In this document: in pieces, positions 1-6,160 of the stretch
Numbering within the stretch: position 1 is the stretch's first letter
How the letters are laid out: every line of letters begins with the position of its first letter
Source: Amoeboradix gromovi X-113
Lineage: Eukaryota; Fungi; Sanchytriomycota
Length of the DNA stretch: 6,276 nucleotides
Reading direction: 5' to 3'
NCBI GenBank assembly: GCA_018985225.1
Contig: JADGIF010000593.1
Coordinates: 1-6,276, forward strand
The notes under the pieces: model-generated
Told to the model about the DNA's origin: nothing
What the model saw: only the letters and a program-made list of their open reading frames with translations
Databases searched by the model: none
Position numbers and translations under genes: made by a program

Positions 1-437
1 GCTTAGAGACTCGGAGACCTCATATATTTGAACGAGATGCAGGGTCTTCTAGTTTTATTTTAAAAAGAGGAATACAATCAATGAAAGAGTCTTGGTATAA
101 CAGAAGATCTTTTATTAATGATAGCATTTCCTGCGTATGGTGCACCTTCTTTAAAAACGAGTTAGTCTAGTTTTTATATTTGGTGTCCCAAAGGATGGTT
201 TGACTATACAGTTAGGTAGAATCCTGATTATGTAACATACAGCTACGAGAAAATTCACTATTTGTAATCTCACAAAATCTATAGCTGCGGCTGCTTGCTT
301 GTGCAGATAAAAGTCTATCTTGTTTTGCAGTATATTCTAAAAACAGAAGTGTTTCAATATCTTTGGATTCAGCACTTATCTTATTTTCGCTGAAATAGTG
401 GTATAAATAATTTTTTGATATTTTTCAATACTCCCTT

Positions 438-2234
438 ATGCGTTCAGTCATTAGAAAATTGAGTACCTTTTCGAATCAAAGCAAGTTGCCCAGACTTCCG
501 ATCCCTTCCTTGAATGATTCTCTTGTTTATTATATGGCCAGTGTGAAAGCTATTCAAGATAACAAGGCTTCTATAAACAAGACTGCTGCGAAAGTAAATT
601 CCTTCGAGGCGGTAGGAAACAAGCTTCGCCAGTTTTTGCAGGCTTATGATGAGAAGCAGCCTAATAGCTGGCTTGAGAAGATATGGCTTGATAAAGCTTA
701 CAACATTTGGAGAGTGCCGATTATGGTCAACGTTAACTGGTGGACCTTATTTCGTGATGTGCCAAAATACTCAGTTAGAAACACCACTGGCTATTCAGAT
801 GTTCAGCTAAATCGTGCCTCTTCCTTAGTTCATGCTTTATTGCAAATGAATAACGCGATTAATAAACAACTTTTGCCATCTGATAAACTTAAAAATGGTC
901 AGTATATGTGTATGAATCAGTTAAAGTGCATGTTCCAAGCATATCGAACTCCAGTAAATCCTATTGATCAAACTCGCACTTTATGGCCTACAGACAGCAA
1001 TCATATAGTTGTGCTGATTGATGACCAGCTATTTAAGATGCAAGTGGATCCAAAATGGAAGATTTCAGATTTCAAATATTTATTTGAAAAGATAACCAAC
1101 ACTGAAATTGACAAGAGGCAATCTCATGTTGGTGCGTTTACTGCAATTGATCGTGCACAATGGGCCTCGATGTATTCTAAACTGAGCAAAGATGAGTTAA
1201 ACAAAGAGTCTTTAGATACCATAAAAAATGCTTTGTTTGCCGTTGCTTTGGATAATGTTGGGTGGGATGATCAATCGTCTAGTGTGAAGGCTTTGTTTCA
1301 TAATTATGGCAAGAATAGATGGTTTGATGTTGGTTTAACTATCGCTATTGATAACAATGGTAGGGCCGGCTGCAACGGAGAGCATAGCCCCTGTGATGCA
1401 ATTGTACCTGCTAATATGTTTGATCATATCTTGAAGAATGAGGAAAACGCTCAATTACCCTCTACCGCTGTAAATGGAGAAATTAAACAGTTGAAATTTA
1501 ATATAGCAAGAGAAACCGAGGTTGATATAGCAAATGCTGAAAAAGCTGCATCGCAGTATGCAGCAAACATTGAAGTCGAACTTTTACATTTTAATGATTA
1601 TGGTAGCGACTTCATTAAGAAGCTGGGCAAATGTAGTCCAGATGCTTTTATTCAGTTGGTGCTACAATTGTCATATTACAAAACACATGGCCACATCGAC
1701 GCTACATATGAAAGCGCATCAACCAGACTTTTCAAACATGGAAGAACAGAAACATGCAGAAGTGCTAGCTCAGAAATGAAAGAATTTGTCAAATTGTTTT
1801 ATAGAACTAGTCCAGGCAGAAGATGGGAACTAGCGGACAAACCAATGAAATCTCATGTAGCGCAACTAACTAGATGTACACAGGGTCTTGGTATCGATAG
1901 GTTATTTCTAGGACTAAAAGAAATGTCAATACTTCATAAAGACGAGCTATCAGATGCAGAGCACAAGATTATTAAAGATTTCTATGAAGATTTAAATTTC
2001 CAAAAATCTAACACTTTTATCTTAAGCACCAGCAATGTATCCCCTGGGACTTGGCATTACGGAGGGTTCGGACCAGTTGCAGTAAATGGATACGGTGTTA
2101 ACTATTCAATTGCCAATGATGGATTAAAGTTTAGCATCAGCGGGTGGAAGGGAACTAAAGCCAATATAAACGAGTTGAAATCAAATATCCATACGGTGCT
2201 ACTTGATTTTAAAAACGCTATTAATAGTAAATGA
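438..2234 (+). CDS. Carnitine O-acyltransferase (choline/carnitine acyltransferase family; CAT2/CRAT- or CPT2-like), probably mitochondrial
   Basis: 598-aa ORF with family motifs LPRLPIPSL, NRWFD, catalytic-His motif GEHSPCDA, SPDAFIQL, YESASTRLFKHGRTET, LSTS and GFGPV..GYG.NY. The N-terminus (MRSVIRKLSTFS) is Arg/Lys/Ser-rich and acid-free, like a mitochondrial presequence. Subfamily not resolved by eye. Confidence 0.95.
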   Translation: MRSVIRKLSTFSNQSKLPRLPIPSLNDSLVYYMASVKAIQDNKASINKTAAKVNSFEAVGNKLRQFLQAYDEKQPNSWLEKIWLDKAYNIWRVPIMVNVNWWTLFRDVPKYSVRNTTGYSDVQLNRASSLVHALLQMNNAINKQLLPSDKLKNGQYMCMNQLKCMFQAYRTPVNPIDQTRTLWPTDSNHIVVLIDDQLFKMQVDPKWKISDFKYLFEKITNTEIDKRQSHVGAFTAIDRAQWASMYSKLSKDELNKESLDTIKNALFAVALDNVGWDDQSSSVKALFHNYGKNRWFDVGLTIAIDNNGRAGCNGEHSPCDAIVPANMFDHILKNEENAQLPSTAVNGEIKQLKFNIARETEVDIANAEKAASQYAANIEVELLHFNDYGSDFIKKLGKCSPDAFIQLVLQLSYYKTHGHIDATYESASTRLFKHGRTETCRSASSEMKEFVKLFYRTSPGRRWELADKPMKSHVAQLTRCTQGLGIDRLFLGLKEMSILHKDELSDAEHKIIKDFYEDLNFQKSNTFILSTSNVSPGTWHYGGFGPVAVNGYGVNYSIANDGLKFSISGWKGTKANINELKSNIHTVLLDFKNAINSK

Positions 2235-2235
2235 T

Positions 2236-2610
2236 TTATTCATCTAATTTACCGAGTTCTTCTACAGGCTCAATTCCTAACTCTGTCAAGGTTGGTTTTA
2301 ACTCTTCAATGGCCTGCTTGTAGTTCTTGAGATTTCCGCCGAATTGATACTTGTCTTTCAATCCTTCCAAACAGCGTAGAGCAAGCCCGTATTGATTCAG
2401 CTTTCTACAGGAAAGCAAAGCTTCAACAATTACTCCTTTTGGAGGTACTACATCATGAGAGAATGCATTATTTAGTAATCTAATAAGATCAAACTGGGAA
2501 TCACAATCTTTGAATTGCTGAGTGAAATATGGCGTGTATTTAGCAGGCTGTGAAAGTTCCATCAGTTTATGTGCATGATCCAAAGATCGCAAAATTCTAC
2601 GAAGGAACAT
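2236..2610 (-). CDS. COX6: Cytochrome c oxidase subunit 5A (fungal subunit VI)
   Basis: 124 aa. FDLIRLLNNAFSHDVVPPKGVIVEALLSCRKLNQYGLALRCLEGLKDK and LKPTLTELGI..VEELG match the COX5A/Cox6 consensus. MFLRRILRS looks like a mitochondrial presequence. Confidence 0.93.
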   Translation of the reverse strand: MFLRRILRSLDHAHKLMELSQPAKYTPYFTQQFKDCDSQFDLIRLLNNAFSHDVVPPKGVIVEALLSCRKLNQYGLALRCLEGLKDKYQFGGNLKNYKQAIEELKPTLTELGIEPVEELGKLDE

Positions 2611-2749
2611 GTTTGAGATTTCCCCATATTACAGCAGCTTGACTATGAATAAACCATTTATCGCGAATTTGTATATATTTTTGTATCATTTCAATACTTT
2701 TCCAGATTTTTTTAATAGCTCAAATACTCGATATTCTTCCTTTTCGCAA

Positions 2750-2792
2750 ATGGTAAATCAATTCTAAATAAATAATTAACAGGTACAGCATA
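2750..2792 (+). pseudogene. Short remnant of the IS607 TnpA (serine recombinase) N-terminus, copy 1
   Basis: ATGGTAAAT at 2750, then CAATTCTAAATAAATAATTAACAGGTACAGCATA (NSK*IINRYSI). Aligns with the HTH remnant in copy 2 after a ~29-bp deletion. Confidence 0.55.
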
Positions 2793-3215
2793 CAAAGACA
2801 TATGATCTGATATTCTTATCATCGTTCAATACGAGCCAGATGCTAAGTAGCTTGTCGAGCAAGGTCGAAAGAAAACATGGCTACAATGTCCCATTACGCA
2901 TTCAAGGAACGCTTGAAGTTCAAGTGTAAGCAAAGAGGAAAGACGATGGTCGAATGCAATGAATCATTTACTAGTCAGACATGTACAAGGCGTGGTACTT
3001 TAAAGAAAACCAACTTAGAAACCTACACCTGTACCAATTGTCATTTGGAAATAGATAGAGACCATATGTCAGCAAGGATCATATACATCAAGTGTATGCA
3101 TCCTTATTCAATCCCGCCTCAGGGTAGTGAAAGCGCGAGCGATTGCTGTAACGGAGAAACTAGTATTAGTTTCTCTGTGGAACTTCTCGATTTTCTCGGA
3201 AATCAGGACTTTTAA
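2792..3215 (+). pseudogene. Fanzor2/TnpB C-terminal fragment (RuvC-II, Zn finger, RuvC-III), frameshifted
   Basis: 2792-2875 reads TKTYDLIFLSSFNTSQMLSSLSSKVERK. After a +1 shift, 2877-3215 reads MATMSHYAFKERL...NESFTSQTCTRRG...CTNC..EIDRDHMSARII. This fits Fanzor2 YDxIxLPxFxTSxM, SHYxFxxRL, ExxTSxxCxxCG, CxxC and DRDxNAARNI. RuvC-I is absent and the first CxxC is broken (CTRR). Confidence 0.88.
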
Positions 3216-3235
3216 CGAGGAGTGGATTATGAGAT
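3096..3235 (+). ncRNA. Putative Fanzor2 omegaRNA, copy 1 (scaffold ~3096-3215 plus variable 3' guide ~3216-3235)
   Basis: Best conserved part of all three copies. Invariant TAGTGAAAGC (3125-3134), a 12-bp hairpin (3151-3162/3167-3178) and a sharp loss of homology after TTTTAA. Its position at the 3' end of the TnpB-like ORF is the established omegaRNA location. Boundaries approximate. Confidence 0.72.
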
Positions 3236-3600
3236 AATCATATTGGTAGGAACTTTGTGTGGATTGAGAGCTGTAGGCAGCAAAGAAAAAATAGAAGCAA
3301 TTATTTGGTGTTTATTTGTAGAATTCAGAAAACTATGAATTCAACTTAAGCAATAAGAAGAAAAATCTTGCCCGTTGTGTATCAGATCACCATTCTACAA
3401 TCATCTTTTGTAAGTTTTACCTGCTTGAATTTTCGGACAGATCAACAGTAAAAGTTTACTATAAAAAGACAAAAAACTGTGGAAATTGGTAGAGTTTTGG
3501 GGTTTAAATATATAATGCTTGTAGATGACCACACATTCATGAGGTGACGCACTCTCAATGAAAAGGTACAAGGTGATCTGATTTTGAACGGGCTGTTTCA

Positions 3601-3740
3601 AAAACTTGTATTACTTCTGCTTAAAAGTCCTGATTTCCGAGAAAATCGAGAATTTCCACAGAGAAACTAATGCTAGTTTCTCCGTTACAGTGATCTCTCA
3701 CGCTTTCACTACCCTGAGGCGGGATTGAATAAGGATGCAG
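3601..3740 (-). ncRNA. Putative Fanzor2 omegaRNA, copy 2 (scaffold 3740-3621, guide ~3620-3601)
   Basis: Colinear with the copy 1 scaffold without indels. Hairpin 3658-3685 has the same stem with a changed loop (GCAT vs GTAT). The 3' flank GCAGAAGTAATACAAG is different. Confidence 0.7.
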
Positions 3741-4002
3741 ATACTTGTATATGTTCCTTGCTGCCATATAGTCTCTTTCTAGGCATTGAAAGACATCTAA
3801 TTGTTCCATGTTTGGATCAGTTCCTCAACGTTGATCAATTTATGCTCTACCAGTTATTTCTTTAGAGTTGACATATTCGGGATTACATCCATTAATTCCA
3901 TTTACCATTTGTGAAAAGGAAGAATATCGAGTATTTAAGCTATAGGAAGAGTCATGAAATTATACAAAAATCCATACAAATTCGCGATAAATGATTTATT
4001 CA
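3621..4002 (-). mobile_element. Non-autonomous IS607-like/Fanzor2 element, copy 2 (382 bp, inverted relative to copy 1)
   Basis: Reverse complement starts TGAATAAATCATTTATCGCGAATTTGTAT and ends GGAAATCAGGACTTTTAA. A tnpA HTH scrap is fused at ~3781 to the Fanzor RuvC-III scrap ERDYMAARNIYKYLHPYSIPPQG. Confidence 0.85.
3781..3908 (-). pseudogene. IS607-family TnpA serine recombinase N-terminal MerR-type HTH remnant
   Basis: From ATG 3908: MVNGINGCNPEYVNSKEIT. After a frameshift (4-nt gap relative to copy 1), 3831-3781 reads TLRN*SKHGTIRCLSMP, with TGA where TGG is expected. This matches the IS607 TnpA HTH pattern Y....E.......TLR.W...G.I...R.P. Confidence 0.75.
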
Positions 4003-4088
4003 AGAAAACAATCGAGCTGGTTTCATAGAAATGATAGCTGATCAAGAAAAGTTACAACTCTGTAGTTTGTATAGCATTTATTTATTAA

Positions 4089-4925
4089 TCACCATGTTAT
4101 ACTCTTTTTGTCTACAACAGTTTGCTCCAAAACAGTCCATAAAGTACCCTCCATGTCAAATAGTAACCATTTTCCATCTACATATCCTATTTTAGCTGAT
4201 TTAATCTTTAAAGTAGGGTGAAAATAGCTCGTATCAACGATTGCATTACTGTAACCAATGCTCGTATTCTGTGTATAAAAATGTACAGTATTCTCGCTAC
4301 TAACTACAAGATAGTCATGATAATTCAAATCTGTGATGTTGCCACCCATTAGTCCTCTGCGATATTCTTTGGTCAGTTCACCATTACCTATGCTGTATTG
4401 CCTAATTATGGTTCCTCTTTCACTGCAAGTAAATATAAACTCATTATTGGCATGCATTTTAGTTATGCTGTGATTGTGCGGTGTTATAGAATACATCGGG
4501 TATAAAGATTGGATGTTAAACAAAATCAATACATTTTTGATGGTATAAACCAAATGGGTATCTAGTAAACAAATTAGGGATGTGCTAGTGAGTTCTATCT
4601 TGTTAATCAATATCAAATCATTCATTCCATATATGTAGAGATGATCAGCACTGACAACGAGATACTGGCGATTCATGTTTATATACTTGACAACATCTTT
4701 GTACTGCATTTCTCCAATAATCGAGTCTCTTTTTATATTTTTGACTGTTAACTGGTTTTTTTGACTATATGCTACTAATGAAGTATTATATAGCAATTCT
4801 ATGACATCTACTTGCGTTTGTGAGTTATAAAAAGATCCAAAAGGATTTATATTATATAGAGAGTAACCGCTATCTGTCGTGATGGCACATGTGGTAGAAT
4901 CTTGATTAAAAGTTATTGAGTTCAT
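4089..4925 (-). CDS. ATG18: Autophagy PROPPIN, ATG18/WIPI family WD40 protein (compact)
   Basis: MNSITFNQDSTTCAITT..GYSLYNINPF, IELLYNTSLVA, INMNRQYLVV, HNHSI and CSERGTIIR..S...GEL.KEYRRG (F/LRRG phosphoinositide-binding motif). Start set at ATG 4925 because NQD lies at the family N-terminus. An upstream in-frame ATG exists at 4994. Paralogue (Atg18/Atg21/Hsv2) not certain. Confidence 0.82.
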   Translation of the reverse strand: MNSITFNQDSTTCAITTDSGYSLYNINPFGSFYNSQTQVDVIELLYNTSLVAYSQKNQLTVKNIKRDSIIGEMQYKDVVKYINMNRQYLVVSADHLYIYGMNDLILINKIELTSTSLICLLDTHLVYTIKNVLILFNIQSLYPMYSITPHNHSITKMHANNEFIFTCSERGTIIRQYSIGNGELTKEYRRGLMGGNITDLNYHDYLVVSSENTVHFYTQNTSIGYSNAIVDTSYFHPTLKIKSAKIGYVDGKWLLFDMEGTLWTVLEQTVVDKKSITW

Positions 4926-4954
4926 TCGTAACCAAAACACGGGTAATATTCTGG

Positions 4955-5620
4955 ATGAGACAAGGAAAGGATTTGCAAGGTATTTTGTCAGCATACTTAT
5001 CAAATAGTAAGCATTTGCAACACCATCATAATTTGAAAGATTCCTGGATACCAGTCAGTATTATCAGGAAGTATAATTCTATGAAAGAATTTACAATCAA
5101 TGATATTGTTGCTGCAGGAATGGCCAGCAACTGTATTAAATTAAACGATAATTTTACGGCATTGAAGTGGATAGGAAACCAACGCGGAAAGTTAAAAAAA
5201 ATTCCAAAGAGTGTAAACAACAATAGCATTTTCAAGGTGGAGTTGCCTCCAATTGATAAACAAACGATAAAAATTATGTTTAAAGATTACGGGAACGTCA
5301 AATTCATTGACCAACATGTCGATTCAAATATCGCTTATGTTCATTTAGAGATAATGGAGAATCCCAATCAGATGCAAACGAATCCGGTATTTGACTTGCT
5401 CGAGTCTTTTACAAACAGCTATCCATCTTTTAAGATAAATCTATTGGACTTTTCCGCGAAAGAATCATACCTTAGCTCTTATAGGAGCAGGAATAACAAA
5501 AAGGTTAAAAAGAAACGAAGTAAAACTACAAATAAGAATATAATGGGCATTAAAAAGAAGGGTGAACCGTTGCCGGACATCCAATTTAACAGTATTGTGG
5601 CAGGATTGAATAAATTGTAA
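4955..5620 (+). CDS. La-related RNA-binding protein (divergent La motif + xRRM-like domain + basic tail; LARP7/La-like)
   Basis: AYLSNS..., WIPVSIIRKYNSMKEFT, IVAA..SNCIKLNDN resemble a La motif. IFKVELP.IDKQTIKIMFKDYGNVKFID...IAYVHL and INLLD..KESYL resemble an xRRM. The tail is K/R-rich, like an NLS. The track start at 4916 is TTG; the first ATG is 4955. Confidence 0.65.
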   Translation: MRQGKDLQGILSAYLSNSKHLQHHHNLKDSWIPVSIIRKYNSMKEFTINDIVAAGMASNCIKLNDNFTALKWIGNQRGKLKKIPKSVNNNSIFKVELPPIDKQTIKIMFKDYGNVKFIDQHVDSNIAYVHLEIMENPNQMQTNPVFDLLESFTNSYPSFKINLLDFSAKESYLSSYRSRNNKKVKKKRSKTTNKNIMGIKKKGEPLPDIQFNSIVAGLNKL

Positions 5621-5760
5621 TTTACTTCACTCTAGCCTTGTTAAAAGTCCTGATTTCAGAGAATAAAGAATTTCCACAGAGAAACTGATAACTCCAGTTT
5701 CCCCGTTAAAATAGTCGCTTATGCTTTCACTAGCCCGAGGCAGGATTACTTAGAGATGCA
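5621..5760 (-). ncRNA. Putative Fanzor2 omegaRNA, copy 3 (scaffold 5760-5641, guide ~5640-5621)
   Basis: Keeps TAGTGAAAGC and the 12-bp stem (5676-5687/5695-5706) with a compensatory A-U to G-C change and an A-U to G-U change. Unique 3' flank CAAGGCTAGAGTGAAGTAAA. Confidence 0.7.
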
Positions 5761-5978
5761 TATATTTAAATTGTATTTTCTTTGCTATCGTGTAAACCTC
5801 ATTTACTTTCAAATGACAATGAACAGCATACTTCTCCAAGTTGGTTTTCTTCAAGTGCCACAGTTATACATTTTTGACTGGTAAACATAAACTTATTTGA
5901 ACCATTTCTGTATTTTATATCTATTAGATATGTTTAGATTTGACATATTTGGGATGGCACTAATTGGGGCCCATTTGC
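5641..5978 (-). mobile_element. Non-autonomous IS607-like/Fanzor2 element, copy 3 (most diverged; left terminus not visible)
   Basis: The right end TTAAAAGTCCTGATTTC at 5641 is identical to 3621. On the minus strand, 5885-5810 gives a frameshifted FTSQKC..CGT.KKTNLEKY Zn-finger scrap. 5933-5955 matches 3861-3883, and GCAAATGG (5978-5971) begins a tnpA scrap reading HPKYVKSKHI.NRYKI. Confidence 0.8.
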
Positions 5979-5984
5979 AATTTA

Positions 5985-6160
5985 TGATAGAAATTATGAA
6001 GAGTTTTACACCGTTGAAGATTTAAAATGTCAAACTTGAAGTTTAGGAAAAAAATTCCTGGGTCCATTTTGGACCCAACATTCTAAATTACTCCAACAGT
6101 TGAGGCTTTTCATCCTCTGTAAATCATGAGTTTGTAGTATCGACGTAATACTACTGAAAA
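5985..6160 (-). ncRNA. Putative Fanzor1 omegaRNA (scaffold ~6160-6005, guide ~6004-5985)
   Basis: Immediately 3' of the Fanzor1 stop. Stems: GTAGTAT/ATACTAC (6134-6154), GAGG/CCTC (6102-6117), TGGGTCCA/TGGACCCA (6059-6077), AGGAA/TTCCT (6045-6059). Long-range complementarity between 6118-6125 and 6005-6010 or 6019-6024. Confidence 0.62.
6005..6029 (-). repeat. Candidate right terminus/TIR of a Fanzor1-carrying transposon (TTTACACCGTTGAAGATTTAAAATG on +)
   Basis: Lies at the end of the structured region 3' of the Fanzor1 ORF. From memory it resembles the CATTTTAAATCTTCAAGGGTGTAAA-type ends of Fanzor elements in large DNA viruses (not verified). The partner TIR would be outside the window. Confidence 0.45.

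Larger units (their letters stand above)
2646..3215 (+). mobile_element. Non-autonomous, internally deleted IS607-like (tnpA serine recombinase + Fanzor2) element, copy 1
   Basis: The left ~145 bp (from TGAATAAACCATTTATCGCGAATTTGTAT at 2646) matches the reverse complement of 4002-~3841. The right end (to GGAAATCAGGACTTTTAA at 3215) matches the reverse complements starting at 3621 and 5641. Similarity stops abruptly at both boundaries. Contains tnpA and Fanzor2 remnants. Confidence 0.85.

Noticed and set aside
149-240. Minus-strand GTATGT...GACTAAC...AAG intron-like signals
   Set aside because: No convincing flanking exons or start codon found by hand, and the other genes in the window lack introns.
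1534-1779. 81-aa alternative-frame ORF
   Set aside because: Lies wholly inside the well-supported acyltransferase CDS and has no recognisable motif.
2220-2234. Peroxisomal PTS1 on the carnitine acyltransferase
   Set aside because: The protein ends NSK, not an SKL-type tripeptide, and read-through of TGA does not give one nearby.
3401-3601. 66-aa minus-strand ORF in the spacer
   Set aside because: Non-ATG (TTG) start, no motifs, and a length compatible with chance.
3606-3617. TTGTATTACTTC resembles TTGTAATTTACTTC at 5615-5628, both near element right ends
   Set aside because: Short, gapped, AT-rich, at different distances from the ends, and the second includes the La gene stop codon; probably chance.
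3621-3809. 62-aa ORF as a real gene
   Set aside because: Chimera across a deletion junction: out-of-frame tnpA sequence fused to a Fanzor RuvC-III scrap and the omegaRNA.
5026-5235. 69-aa hydrophobic minus-strand ORF
   Set aside because: Antisense shadow of the A-rich La-like CDS; the hydrophobicity follows from T-rich codons.
3096-5760. CRISPR array interpretation of the repeated right ends
   Set aside because: Repeats are over 100 bp, dispersed, in both orientations and attached to transposon remnants, not tandem with regular spacers.
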